The position numbers were made by a program, and so were the translations under genes. A model generated the notes under the pieces. It saw only the letters and a program-made list of their open reading frames with translations. It had not been told where the DNA came from and did not search any database. Positions 1 to 11,315 of a DNA stretch of 64,000 nucleotides are shown piece by piece. The first letter of the stretch is position 1, and each line of letters opens with the position of its first letter. This stretch comes from TPA_inf: Saccharomyces (Eukaryota), in assembly GCA_000146045.2 (NCBI GenBank), contig BK006944.2, positions 96,001-160,000 of the forward strand, in the 5' to 3' direction.

Positions 1-756
1 GTGTCATTCGAGTGATTCGCCCTGTTGGAGGCCATCGTGGTCGCCAAGAAAGCAAGATCAGCTATGTAACTCTTGTGGTCTTCGATATAAAAAAACACAT
101 ACAAGATGTTTGAACGATTTATGTCGTAAGATCCCCACAAAGGGTGAAATAAACATTATGAAATCCAATGGAATAGACAAAGAATTCGTCCCCGAACGCA
201 ACTGCGAAATTGAAGGGTACCGTTGCTTATTTTGTAATTACATAACTGAGACAGTAGAGAATTGATACATGGATAACTGAATCTCTTTCAACTAATAAGA
301 GACATTATCACGAAACAATTGTACATTTCTCTCCTTGTCTGTGCTAAATAAACTACAAATAAAAATTCATTTTCTTTCATTTTCATTCGACACGCCGCGG
401 CATCTTCGTTTTCTTCACCGATTAATTTTAATCTGCGCCGTGCAGATATTTTCGCCCATTTCGAAGTGAAATCATTCTAATAACTTCTCCTGCGCAATAG
501 ATTGGTCATCCTGATTTTTATTCTGAAATCGAAAATGAAAAGCATTTATTGCACTGAAATAGCGGAACCTGCTTCTAATAAGCTTAAAATTCAATCATAA
601 TAGTGTAGTTAATAGAAAGGACAGAAGAACTTTTCGTTCCTTGGTTTATCATCCAGGTTTCAGCACGGCTTTTGTTTCAAGTTTAAGTAGGTAAGATTTT
701 TTGATTGTTCTACAACTTTTTCATAGTAATCAAAACCTTTGAATTTCAAACTTACT

Positions 757-2157
757 ATGTCTAGTACTCAAGTAGGAAATGCTCTATCTAGTTCCACTAC
801 TACTTTAGTGGACTTGTCTAATTCTACGGTTACCCAAAAGAAGCAATATTATAAAGATGGCGAGACGCTGCACAATCTTTTGCTTGAACTAAAGAATAAC
901 CAAGATTTGGAACTTTTACCGCATGAACAAGCGCATCCTAAAATATTTCAAGCGCTCAAGGCTCGTATTGGTAGAATTAATAATGAAACGTGCGACCCCG
1001 GTGAGGAGAACTCGTTTTTCATATGCGATTTGGGAGAAGTCAAGAGATTATTCAACAACTGGGTGAAGGAGCTTCCTAGAATTAAGCCATTTTATGCCGT
1101 CAAATGTAATCCTGATACCAAGGTTTTGTCATTATTAGCAGAGTTGGGCGTTAATTTCGATTGCGCTTCCAAAGTGGAAATTGACAGAGTATTATCGATG
1201 AACATCTCGCCGGATAGAATTGTTTACGCTAATCCTTGTAAAGTAGCATCTTTCATTAGATATGCAGCTTCAAAAAATGTAATGAAGTCTACTTTTGACA
1301 ATGTAGAAGAATTGCATAAAATCAAAAAGTTTCATCCTGAGTCTCAGTTGTTATTAAGAATCGCTACCGATGACTCTACCGCTCAATGTCGACTTTCCAC
1401 CAAATATGGCTGTGAAATGGAAAACGTAGACGTTTTATTAAAGGCTATAAAGGAACTAGGTTTAAACCTGGCTGGTGTTTCTTTCCACGTCGGTTCAGGC
1501 GCTTCTGATTTTACAAGCTTATACAAAGCCGTTAGAGATGCAAGAACGGTATTTGACAAAGCTGCTAACGAATACGGGTTGCCCCCTTTGAAGATTTTGG
1601 ATGTAGGTGGTGGATTTCAATTTGAATCCTTCAAAGAATCAACTGCTGTTTTGCGTCTAGCGCTAGAGGAATTTTTCCCTGTAGGTTGTGGTGTTGATAT
1701 AATTGCAGAGCCTGGCAGATACTTTGTAGCTACAGCGTTCACTTTGGCATCTCATGTGATTGCGAAGAGAAAACTGTCTGAGAATGAAGCAATGATTTAC
1801 ACTAACGATGGTGTATACGGGAACATGAATTGTATTTTATTCGATCATCAAGAGCCCCATCCAAGAACCCTTTATCATAATTTGGAATTTCATTACGACG
1901 ATTTTGAATCCACTACTGCGGTCCTCGACTCTATCAACAAAACAAGATCTGAGTATCCATATAAAGTTTCCATCTGGGGACCCACATGTGATGGTTTGGA
2001 TTGTATTGCCAAAGAGTATTACATGAAGCATGATGTTATAGTCGGTGATTGGTTTTATTTTCCTGCCCTGGGTGCCTACACATCATCGGCGGCTACTCAA
2101 TTCAACGGCTTTGAGCAGACTGCGGATATAGTATACATAGACTCTGAACTCGATTGA
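757..2157 (+). CDS. SPE1: Ornithine decarboxylase (polyamine biosynthesis), 466 aa. The track ORF starts at TTG 739; the first ATG is at 757.
   Basis: Full-length group IV PLP-decarboxylase; the PLP-lysine motif PFYAVKCN is present. Length from ATG 757 matches the known 466-aa protein. Confidence 0.95.
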   Translation: MSSTQVGNALSSSTTTLVDLSNSTVTQKKQYYKDGETLHNLLLELKNNQDLELLPHEQAHPKIFQALKARIGRINNETCDPGEENSFFICDLGEVKRLFNNWVKELPRIKPFYAVKCNPDTKVLSLLAELGVNFDCASKVEIDRVLSMNISPDRIVYANPCKVASFIRYAASKNVMKSTFDNVEELHKIKKFHPESQLLLRIATDDSTAQCRLSTKYGCEMENVDVLLKAIKELGLNLAGVSFHVGSGASDFTSLYKAVRDARTVFDKAANEYGLPPLKILDVGGGFQFESFKESTAVLRLALEEFFPVGCGVDIIAEPGRYFVATAFTLASHVIAKRKLSENEAMIYTNDGVYGNMNCILFDHQEPHPRTLYHNLEFHYDDFESTTAVLDSINKTRSEYPYKVSIWGPTCDGLDCIAKEYYMKHDVIVGDWFYFPALGAYTSSAATQFNGFEQTADIVYIDSELD

Positions 2158-2394
2158 AGGATATATTTAACCACGACTTTCGCAAGAGAGACGGAGGGGG
2201 TGGGAAAAGGCTGAATGCAACCATTGTCACTAAGAATTTGAGTGTTCATGAACGAGTTATACACGCTATTTAAGAGTCAGAGAATGATGATTCAAGAAAA
2301 TTCTGGCATTTTTCCTGTCCACCACTGTACGCCATTGTACACAAAAGTATTTTTTTATATTTTTTTTACAATTTTTTATAATTTTTTTTTATGT

Positions 2395-2607
2395 TTAGTG
2401 TATATTTGCTAGAAAGAAACAAGATCTTTTTTGGTAGTGTAAATGCTTAAACTTTGTCTCTTTTTCCTTTTTACTTTGGAAAAATGCCGACGCAAGAACA
2501 TAGACATCTGCGAAAACCAAAAATAAAGTACCAATTGTACATACAAAAACAGAGAAAAAGTTCATGAACAGAACGTTACTACGGTATAGCAAGATCTTTG
2601 AATACAT
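2395..2607 (-). CDS. Small 70-aa hydrophobic ORF in the SPE1-LOT5 intergenic region; possibly the small putative gene annotated here in S288C (YKL183C-A-like).
   Basis: ATG-initiated 70-codon ORF. I cannot judge conservation from sequence alone. Confidence 0.25.
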   Translation of the reverse strand: MYSKILLYRSNVLFMNFFSVFVCTIGTLFLVFADVYVLASAFFQSKKEKETKFKHLHYQKRSCFFLANIH

Positions 2608-2720
2608 CCATTACTTCGGATTGTTCACCATACTTCAACACAGGCCAAGATAGACCATAGCTACAGTGATAGACGAATATTTATTTCAAAAGAAGCATCA
2701 ACCATAAAATAAAAAGAAAA

Positions 2721-3641
2721 ATGATGAAAAAAAAACCAAAGTGCCAAATTGCAAGGACCAAACCATCGGTCGAAAACGTCATACCATATAACCAATTCAA
2801 GAAGACGCAGCCGCGATTCAACGGCAACTTTTCTGCACTGAATAATGAAGAATACATAATACTCTTTGGCGGAGGTCGGGACCTGATACTAGGCTCCCTG
2901 ACACCTTGTTCGAGCTCTCATTTGTCCAATCAAGCCAACCCACAAGACACCAGTGAGTATGGCACAGACCTGTTTATACTCAACAGCTGCATTATCATTT
3001 GGTTCAATGGCTTGGGATATGGGCTGGAAATTCCCTACAGCAGCGTTTTGTACCATGCATCAAGACGGCTACCAGATGGTAGGGAAGGGCTTCAATTAGA
3101 AATTTTGCTGACTTTGGAAAGAGACGAAGTGTTGGACATGCTCTACCAAAGCCTCGCGCCACAGGCCTGCGAATTCGACGGCGAAGAAGCACATGCCTTC
3201 ACCGTGCGCAGCGTGGAATTGACTATCAGGCCCAAATATTCAATATACGATCGCCATTATAACAACGAAATCGAAACCCTTTTCACCTTCGAAAACTTCG
3301 GCGTGAACAGGGGCGATGACCTGGTAAACAATTGTAACGAAGCACTAGCCGTATGCATGGACCTGCACGGTGAGGACGTACAAGATCAAGACCAGGAACA
3401 ATACCAAGATCCAAGCATGGCGTTTGAGGGTGCGCAAGATCTCAACGCCACGTATTCTGGGCTTGGAGACACCCTTCACGGGCCGCCCGTGTATCAGAAC
3501 GACGGGCTGGCAGACGATCTGGATGGCGACCTCGTTATGGACAACGTGGTCTCTAGGGGTGGTCCAGAAGCAAGTATGTCTATGGAGTTCTACGCAAATC
3601 AAAATCTTGCTGGCAGAAAGAACTCCAGAGACAATGAATGA
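2721..3641 (+). CDS. LOT5: Low-temperature-responsive protein Lot5, 306 aa, with an acidic C-terminal half.
   Basis: ATG ORF of 306 aa located between SPE1 and FAS1 as in YKL183W; D/E/Q-rich C-terminus. Confidence 0.85.
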   Translation: MMKKKPKCQIARTKPSVENVIPYNQFKKTQPRFNGNFSALNNEEYIILFGGGRDLILGSLTPCSSSHLSNQANPQDTSEYGTDLFILNSCIIIWFNGLGYGLEIPYSSVLYHASRRLPDGREGLQLEILLTLERDEVLDMLYQSLAPQACEFDGEEAHAFTVRSVELTIRPKYSIYDRHYNNEIETLFTFENFGVNRGDDLVNNCNEALAVCMDLHGEDVQDQDQEQYQDPSMAFEGAQDLNATYSGLGDTLHGPPVYQNDGLADDLDGDLVMDNVVSRGGPEASMSMEFYANQNLAGRKNSRDNE

Positions 3642-3802
3642 ACAACATCTATTATGGGAACATCCCGCTGTACTATGCGGTCTCGTCCTCTACGAATATG
3701 GCTATTTGCCTTCGTATATACCTTTCTATACCAAGTAATGAATGTCTTGAGGGCCCGTATGGCCGCGCGAAGGCTTAGTTAAGATGTTTCAGCAAACGGC
3801 AG

Positions 3803-3812
3803 CATGTGAAAA
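3803..3812 (+). promoter_or_regulatory. ICRE / UAS-INO element (CATGTGAAAA) in the FAS1 upstream region.
   Basis: Nine of ten matches to the CATGTGAAAT inositol/choline-responsive element, about 870 bp upstream of the FAS1 ATG. FAS1 is a known Ino2/Ino4 target. It sits in an unusually GC-rich block (3790..3990). Confidence 0.45.
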
Positions 3813-4261
3813 AACCCGTAGAAGGTCCGCATCAGCCTTCCATGCCCGTGCACCCACGGCTCCTCGGAGGCCGGGTTATAGCAGCGTCTGCTCCGCATCA
3901 CGATACACGAGGTGCAGGCACGGTTCACTACTCCCCTGGCCTCCAACAAACGACGGCCAAAAACTTCACATGCCGCCCAGCCAAGCATAATTACGCAACA
4001 GCGATCTTTCCGTCGCACAAGTTAAAAGAAATTGTTGAAAAATACAAATAATCGCGAACAATACGTTGTTGCTATTTAACGCTTTTGGTCTGACAGTAAG
4101 TGTGCCTTTCCCAATCACCGAAAAGTGTTGAACGATTCACTGCGACAATAATCAGAGATTACAGTCGGCATTTTGGCATTTTTGGCATACTTTTTATCGA
4201 TTGAACCATCTTCTCCAAACACTTTTCCTTTTTCCTTCTATTCTGCAGGACCAACTAAAAC

Positions 4262-4292
4262 TGGGTATATATATCATTATCTATATATATAA
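4262..4292 (+). promoter_or_regulatory. TATA-rich element in the FAS1 core promoter.
   Basis: gggtatatatatcattatctatatatataaac about 390 bp upstream of the FAS1 ATG. Confidence 0.4.
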
Positions 4293-4670
4293 ACGGCTTT
4301 CAACAAAGTTATAGGGGAAAACTAAAAATATAAGAAAAAAAAAGGTATTGATTGATAAGGAAAAAGAACCAAGGGAAAAATATAAAAAAGTACATTGGGC
4401 CTTTTCATACTTGTTATCACTTACATTACAAAGAAGAACAAACAACTTTTTTAAACGAATTTTCTTTCTTCCTTTTTCAATTTATTAATTCTTTTTTTCC
4501 ATACAATTCAAGGTCAAATATATTCTTATATGCTCTTTGAATATTTCTGAAAAATATATAAAGAAAAGAAACTACAAGAACATCATCCGGAAAATCAGAT
4601 TATAGACTAGGATTCCGCTCTTTTTAGTATATTTATTCGCCACACCTAACTGCTCTATTATTCGCTCATT

Positions 4671-7600
4671 ATGGACGCTTACTCCACAAGACCATTAACC
4701 CTATCTCACGGTTCTTTAGAGCACGTGCTTCTGGTACCAACCGCTTCATTTTTCATTGCTTCGCAATTACAAGAACAATTTAATAAAATTTTGCCCGAAC
4801 CCACTGAAGGGTTTGCTGCAGATGACGAGCCTACCACACCTGCTGAACTAGTGGGGAAATTCCTTGGCTACGTATCTTCTCTAGTCGAACCTTCCAAGGT
4901 CGGTCAATTCGATCAGGTCTTGAACCTTTGCTTAACAGAATTTGAAAACTGTTATTTAGAAGGCAATGACATTCACGCCTTGGCTGCTAAACTATTACAG
5001 GAAAACGACACAACTTTAGTGAAGACTAAAGAACTAATTAAAAATTATATTACCGCCAGAATAATGGCTAAGAGACCATTTGACAAAAAATCCAACTCTG
5101 CTCTTTTTAGGGCCGTCGGCGAGGGTAACGCACAATTGGTAGCCATTTTCGGTGGTCAAGGTAACACCGACGACTACTTTGAAGAATTGCGTGATCTATA
5201 TCAAACTTATCATGTCTTAGTGGGAGATTTAATCAAGTTCTCCGCTGAAACTTTAAGTGAACTGATTAGAACTACTTTAGATGCTGAAAAAGTCTTTACT
5301 CAAGGTTTAAACATATTGGAATGGTTGGAGAACCCTTCAAATACCCCAGACAAGGACTATTTACTTTCCATTCCAATTTCATGCCCCTTAATTGGTGTCA
5401 TTCAATTGGCTCACTACGTAGTTACTGCCAAGCTTTTGGGTTTCACTCCAGGTGAGTTAAGATCTTACTTAAAAGGTGCTACAGGTCACTCTCAAGGTTT
5501 GGTTACTGCTGTCGCCATAGCTGAGACGGATTCCTGGGAATCCTTCTTCGTCTCCGTAAGAAAAGCAATTACTGTATTATTCTTCATCGGTGTTCGTTGT
5601 TACGAAGCATACCCAAACACTTCCCTACCACCATCCATCTTGGAAGATTCCTTGGAAAACAATGAAGGTGTTCCATCTCCAATGTTGTCCATTTCCAATC
5701 TAACTCAAGAACAAGTTCAAGACTATGTAAATAAGACTAACTCTCATTTGCCAGCTGGTAAACAAGTTGAAATTTCTCTAGTCAATGGTGCGAAGAATCT
5801 AGTCGTATCGGGCCCACCACAATCATTATATGGTTTAAACTTGACTTTAAGAAAGGCCAAGGCCCCATCTGGACTGGATCAATCAAGAATCCCATTCAGC
5901 GAAAGAAAATTGAAGTTCTCCAATAGGTTCTTACCTGTTGCATCACCATTCCATTCCCATCTATTGGTTCCAGCTTCAGATTTGATTAACAAAGACTTAG
6001 TCAAAAACAATGTCAGCTTTAACGCTAAAGATATTCAAATCCCCGTTTACGACACTTTTGATGGTTCAGATCTAAGAGTCCTTTCAGGTTCCATTTCCGA
6101 GAGAATCGTCGACTGCATCATTAGATTACCTGTCAAATGGGAAACTACTACACAATTCAAAGCCACCCACATATTAGACTTTGGTCCAGGTGGAGCTTCC
6201 GGTTTAGGTGTTTTAACCCATCGTAATAAAGATGGTACTGGTGTTCGTGTTATCGTTGCCGGTACTCTCGACATTAACCCAGATGATGATTACGGATTCA
6301 AGCAAGAAATCTTTGATGTTACTAGTAATGGTTTGAAGAAAAATCCAAACTGGTTGGAAGAATACCATCCAAAATTAATTAAGAACAAATCAGGCAAAAT
6401 TTTTGTCGAAACAAAATTTTCTAAATTAATCGGTAGACCACCTTTATTGGTTCCTGGTATGACACCATGTACTGTTTCTCCAGATTTCGTAGCTGCTACC
6501 ACAAATGCTGGTTATACCATTGAGTTGGCCGGTGGTGGTTACTTTTCCGCAGCAGGTATGACCGCCGCTATTGATTCTGTGGTTTCTCAGATAGAAAAGG
6601 GTAGTACCTTCGGTATCAACTTGATCTACGTCAATCCATTTATGTTACAATGGGGTATTCCATTAATCAAGGAACTAAGAAGCAAAGGTTATCCAATTCA
6701 ATTCTTGACCATTGGTGCTGGTGTCCCATCATTGGAAGTTGCTAGTGAATACATAGAGACATTAGGTTTGAAGTACTTGGGTTTGAAACCAGGTTCCATT
6801 GATGCTATTTCGCAAGTTATAAACATTGCTAAAGCACATCCAAACTTCCCAATAGCTTTACAATGGACCGGTGGTAGAGGTGGTGGTCATCATTCTTTCG
6901 AAGATGCCCACACTCCAATGTTACAAATGTACTCCAAGATTAGAAGACATCCAAACATTATGTTGATATTCGGTTCTGGTTTCGGTTCTGCTGATGACAC
7001 TTACCCATACTTAACCGGTGAATGGTCCACAAAATTCGATTATCCACCAATGCCATTCGATGGTTTCCTATTTGGTTCGAGGGTCATGATTGCTAAGGAA
7101 GTTAAAACTTCTCCTGATGCTAAGAAGTGTATTGCTGCTTGTACTGGTGTTCCTGATGATAAATGGGAACAAACCTACAAGAAGCCAACTGGTGGTATTG
7201 TCACTGTTCGCTCTGAAATGGGTGAACCAATTCACAAAATTGCCACTCGTGGTGTTATGCTATGGAAGGAATTCGACGAAACCATCTTCAACTTACCAAA
7301 GAATAAGTTGGTACCAACTTTGGAAGCAAAGAGAGATTACATTATCTCAAGATTGAACGCCGATTTCCAAAAACCATGGTTTGCTACCGTCAACGGTCAA
7401 GCCCGTGACCTAGCCACAATGACATACGAAGAAGTTGCAAAGAGATTGGTGGAATTAATGTTCATCAGATCTACCAACTCTTGGTTTGATGTCACATGGA
7501 GAACCTTTACTGGTGATTTCCTACGTCGTGTCGAAGAACGTTTCACTAAAAGTAAGACATTGTCTTTAATCCAATCCTATTCTCTACTAGACAAGCCTGA

Positions 7601-10600
7601 TGAAGCTATTGAAAAAGTATTTAATGCTTATCCTGCCGCTAGGGAACAGTTCTTGAATGCGCAAGATATTGATCACTTTTTGAGCATGTGTCAAAATCCA
7701 ATGCAAAAACCAGTGCCTTTTGTTCCAGTTTTGGATCGTAGATTCGAGATTTTTTTCAAAAAAGATTCGTTATGGCAATCTGAGCACTTGGAAGCCGTCG
7801 TCGACCAAGACGTTCAAAGAACATGTATCCTACATGGACCTGTTGCAGCACAATTCACTAAAGTCATCGATGAACCAATTAAGAGCATTATGGATGGTAT
7901 TCACGATGGTCACATCAAAAAGTTACTACATCAATATTACGGTGACGATGAGTCAAAGATTCCAGCAGTTGAGTACTTTGGTGGTGAAAGCCCTGTAGAC
8001 GTACAAAGTCAAGTTGATTCTTCCTCTGTATCTGAAGACTCAGCTGTTTTTAAGGCAACATCCTCTACTGATGAAGAAAGCTGGTTTAAGGCTTTGGCGG
8101 GATCCGAAATTAACTGGAGACATGCAAGTTTCTTATGTTCCTTTATCACTCAAGATAAAATGTTTGTTTCTAACCCAATTAGAAAAGTTTTCAAGCCAAG
8201 CCAAGGAATGGTTGTTGAGATTTCCAACGGCAATACTTCTTCAAAGACTGTTGTCACTCTTTCAGAACCTGTTCAAGGTGAATTGAAACCAACTGTTATT
8301 TTGAAGTTGTTGAAGGAGAACATAATCCAAATGGAAATGATTGAGAACAGAACTATGGATGGTAAGCCCGTCAGCTTGCCATTGTTGTACAACTTCAACC
8401 CAGATAATGGTTTTGCTCCAATCTCTGAAGTTATGGAGGACAGAAACCAAAGAATTAAGGAAATGTACTGGAAATTATGGATTGATGAGCCTTTCAATTT
8501 GGACTTTGACCCAAGAGATGTCATTAAGGGCAAAGATTTCGAGATCACCGCTAAAGAAGTTTATGACTTTACACACGCTGTTGGAAACAATTGTGAAGAC
8601 TTCGTTTCTAGACCTGATAGAACGATGTTGGCCCCAATGGACTTTGCTATTGTTGTCGGATGGAGAGCCATCATCAAGGCCATTTTCCCTAATACGGTCG
8701 ATGGTGACTTATTGAAGTTGGTTCATTTGTCTAACGGCTACAAGATGATTCCTGGCGCTAAGCCACTGCAAGTTGGTGATGTTGTTTCAACTACTGCTGT
8801 TATTGAATCTGTCGTCAACCAACCTACAGGAAAGATTGTCGATGTGGTAGGTACATTATCGAGAAATGGCAAGCCTGTCATGGAAGTCACCTCCTCATTC
8901 TTCTACAGAGGCAACTATACTGACTTTGAAAACACTTTCCAAAAGACTGTTGAACCTGTTTATCAAATGCACATCAAAACTTCTAAAGATATAGCTGTCT
9001 TGCGCTCTAAGGAGTGGTTCCAATTGGACGATGAAGACTTCGATCTGTTAAACAAAACTTTGACTTTCGAAACTGAAACTGAAGTTACTTTCAAGAATGC
9101 TAACATCTTCTCTTCAGTGAAATGTTTTGGCCCAATTAAAGTTGAATTGCCAACCAAAGAAACCGTGGAGATCGGTATTGTCGATTACGAAGCCGGTGCC
9201 TCTCACGGTAACCCTGTTGTTGATTTCTTGAAGAGAAACGGTTCCACATTGGAACAAAAGGTCAATCTAGAAAATCCTATTCCAATTGCAGTACTTGATT
9301 CGTACACTCCAAGTACCAACGAACCATACGCTAGAGTTTCTGGTGATTTGAATCCAATTCACGTTTCACGTCATTTTGCCTCTTACGCAAACTTGCCAGG
9401 TACTATCACGCACGGTATGTTTTCTTCTGCTTCCGTCCGTGCTTTGATTGAAAACTGGGCTGCTGACAGTGTTTCATCCAGGGTACGTGGCTACACTTGT
9501 CAATTTGTTGACATGGTTTTGCCTAACACTGCTTTGAAAACATCGATTCAACATGTTGGTATGATCAATGGTAGAAAATTGATAAAGTTTGAAACTAGAA
9601 ATGAAGATGACGTTGTAGTTTTGACTGGTGAAGCCGAAATTGAACAACCTGTTACTACCTTCGTTTTCACTGGTCAAGGTTCACAAGAACAAGGTATGGG
9701 TATGGACTTATACAAAACTTCTAAAGCTGCTCAAGATGTTTGGAATAGAGCTGACAACCATTTCAAGGACACTTATGGTTTCTCTATCTTAGACATTGTC
9801 ATTAACAACCCAGTTAACTTAACAATTCACTTCGGTGGTGAAAAGGGTAAGAGGATCAGAGAAAACTATTCTGCTATGATCTTTGAGACTATCGTGGATG
9901 GAAAATTGAAGACTGAAAAAATTTTCAAGGAAATTAATGAGCACAGTACTTCTTACACATTTAGATCTGAAAAAGGTTTATTGTCTGCTACTCAATTTAC
10001 ACAACCAGCTTTAACTTTGATGGAAAAAGCTGCTTTCGAAGACTTGAAATCTAAAGGTTTGATCCCAGCCGATGCTACTTTTGCTGGTCACTCTTTAGGT
10101 GAGTATGCTGCTTTGGCCTCTTTGGCTGATGTTATGTCTATCGAATCTTTAGTTGAAGTTGTGTTCTACAGAGGTATGACTATGCAAGTTGCTGTTCCAA
10201 GAGATGAGTTGGGCAGATCCAACTATGGTATGATTGCCATTAACCCAGGTAGAGTCGCTGCATCATTCTCTCAAGAAGCTTTGCAATATGTTGTTGAGAG
10301 AGTTGGTAAGAGAACCGGCTGGTTGGTTGAAATCGTCAACTACAACGTTGAAAACCAACAATATGTTGCAGCTGGTGATCTAAGAGCTTTAGACACCGTT
10401 ACCAATGTTCTAAACTTCATCAAATTACAAAAAATTGATATTATTGAACTACAAAAGTCCTTATCTTTGGAAGAAGTTGAAGGTCATTTGTTTGAGATCA
10501 TTGACGAAGCTTCCAAGAAATCTGCTGTCAAGCCTCGCCCACTTAAATTGGAGAGAGGTTTTGCTTGTATCCCATTAGTTGGTATTTCTGTTCCTTTCCA

Positions 10601-10826
10601 TTCCACCTACTTGATGAATGGTGTTAAACCATTCAAGAGTTTCTTGAAGAAGAATATCATAAAAGAAAATGTGAAGGTTGCTAGATTGGCCGGAAAGTAC
10701 ATTCCAAACTTGACTGCAAAACCATTCCAGGTTACTAAGGAATATTTCCAGGACGTTTATGATTTGACTGGCTCCGAACCTATCAAGGAAATCATCGACA
10801 ACTGGGAAAAGTATGAACAATCCTAA
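4671..10826 (+). CDS. FAS1: Fatty acid synthase beta subunit, 2051 aa (acetyltransferase, enoyl reductase, dehydratase, malonyl/palmitoyl transferase).
   Basis: 2051-aa ORF. The GHSQG active-site serine of the acetyltransferase is near the N-terminus and the GHSLGEYAAL serine of the MPT domain is near the C-terminus; the FMN-type enoyl reductase core lies in the middle. Confidence 0.98.
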   Translation: MDAYSTRPLTLSHGSLEHVLLVPTASFFIASQLQEQFNKILPEPTEGFAADDEPTTPAELVGKFLGYVSSLVEPSKVGQFDQVLNLCLTEFENCYLEGNDIHALAAKLLQENDTTLVKTKELIKNYITARIMAKRPFDKKSNSALFRAVGEGNAQLVAIFGGQGNTDDYFEELRDLYQTYHVLVGDLIKFSAETLSELIRTTLDAEKVFTQGLNILEWLENPSNTPDKDYLLSIPISCPLIGVIQLAHYVVTAKLLGFTPGELRSYLKGATGHSQGLVTAVAIAETDSWESFFVSVRKAITVLFFIGVRCYEAYPNTSLPPSILEDSLENNEGVPSPMLSISNLTQEQVQDYVNKTNSHLPAGKQVEISLVNGAKNLVVSGPPQSLYGLNLTLRKAKAPSGLDQSRIPFSERKLKFSNRFLPVASPFHSHLLVPASDLINKDLVKNNVSFNAKDIQIPVYDTFDGSDLRVLSGSISERIVDCIIRLPVKWETTTQFKATHILDFGPGGASGLGVLTHRNKDGTGVRVIVAGTLDINPDDDYGFKQEIFDVTSNGLKKNPNWLEEYHPKLIKNKSGKIFVETKFSKLIGRPPLLVPGMTPCTVSPDFVAATTNAGYTIELAGGGYFSAAGMTAAIDSVVSQIEKGSTFGINLIYVNPFMLQWGIPLIKELRSKGYPIQFLTIGAGVPSLEVASEYIETLGLKYLGLKPGSIDAISQVINIAKAHPNFPIALQWTGGRGGGHHSFEDAHTPMLQMYSKIRRHPNIMLIFGSGFGSADDTYPYLTGEWSTKFDYPPMPFDGFLFGSRVMIAKEVKTSPDAKKCIAACTGVPDDKWEQTYKKPTGGIVTVRSEMGEPIHKIATRGVMLWKEFDETIFNLPKNKLVPTLEAKRDYIISRLNADFQKPWFATVNGQARDLATMTYEEVAKRLVELMFIRSTNSWFDVTWRTFTGDFLRRVEERFTKSKTLSLIQSYSLLDKPDEAIEKVFNAYPAAREQFLNAQDIDHFLSMCQNPMQKPVPFVPVLDRRFEIFFKKDSLWQSEHLEAVVDQDVQRTCILHGPVAAQFTKVIDEPIKSIMDGIHDGHIKKLLHQYYGDDESKIPAVEYFGGESPVDVQSQVDSSSVSEDSAVFKATSSTDEESWFKALAGSEINWRHASFLCSFITQDKMFVSNPIRKVFKPSQGMVVEISNGNTSSKTVVTLSEPVQGELKPTVILKLLKENIIQMEMIENRTMDGKPVSLPLLYNFNPDNGFAPISEVMEDRNQRIKEMYWKLWIDEPFNLDFDPRDVIKGKDFEITAKEVYDFTHAVGNNCEDFVSRPDRTMLAPMDFAIVVGWRAIIKAIFPNTVDGDLLKLVHLSNGYKMIPGAKPLQVGDVVSTTAVIESVVNQPTGKIVDVVGTLSRNGKPVMEVTSSFFYRGNYTDFENTFQKTVEPVYQMHIKTSKDIAVLRSKEWFQLDDEDFDLLNKTLTFETETEVTFKNANIFSSVKCFGPIKVELPTKETVEIGIVDYEAGASHGNPVVDFLKRNGSTLEQKVNLENPIPIAVLDSYTPSTNEPYARVSGDLNPIHVSRHFASYANLPGTITHGMFSSASVRALIENWAADSVSSRVRGYTCQFVDMVLPNTALKTSIQHVGMINGRKLIKFETRNEDDVVVLTGEAEIEQPVTTFVFTGQGSQEQGMGMDLYKTSKAAQDVWNRADNHFKDTYGFSILDIVINNPVNLTIHFGGEKGKRIRENYSAMIFETIVDGKLKTEKIFKEINEHSTSYTFRSEKGLLSATQFTQPALTLMEKAAFEDLKSKGLIPADATFAGHSLGEYAALASLADVMSIESLVEVVFYRGMTMQVAVPRDELGRSNYGMIAINPGRVAASFSQEALQYVVERVGKRTGWLVEIVNYNVENQQYVAAGDLRALDTVTNVLNFIKLQKIDIIELQKSLSLEEVEGHLFEIIDEASKKSAVKPRPLKLERGFACIPLVGISVPFHSTYLMNGVKPFKSFLKKNIIKENVKVARLAGKYIPNLTAKPFQVTKEYFQDVYDLTGSEPIKEIIDNWEKYEQS

Positions 10827-11315
10827 TTTCTTAAGTGATTATATAACCGTAAGAAATATTTAACTTTGAAACTCCTGTATACTAATGTTTAATATAGCTG
10901 GCTTATGATTTTAGTTCTCTTCTCCTATTATAAATAGATACATTGATTAGGTATTTTTATAATATACTTGGGATTAACAGATGCTATATGAATTTTTTTT
11001 TCCGCCGCAAGCCCTCGCTAGGGCGGGGCAGATGCTGAAGAAAAAATTTTCTGTTCCATTGGGTTATGTTTAAAAATCAACGATATTCGAACATAATCGA
11101 TGACCTTGATGATTAGCGAAGTTCTGCTCTAAAGAAATTAGCTTTAAAAACAGCTCCATTATTAGTGTAAACTGCTACTTCAACTCTTTACTCGAAAAGT
11201 TGAAACAAGTGTCTATTCCGCACATCTCTGCAATAACCGAACCTTCACGATTTAGCTACAATCCCACATCTGCAGATTCTACCGTTTAATAGTCTTAATT
11301 TGAAGAGAAATAAAA

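Noticed and set aside
3779-4051. Three overlapping 68-81-aa ORFs upstream of FAS1
   Set aside because: They are artefacts of a GC-rich promoter block with no stop codons. They overlap one another in different frames and include the ICRE.
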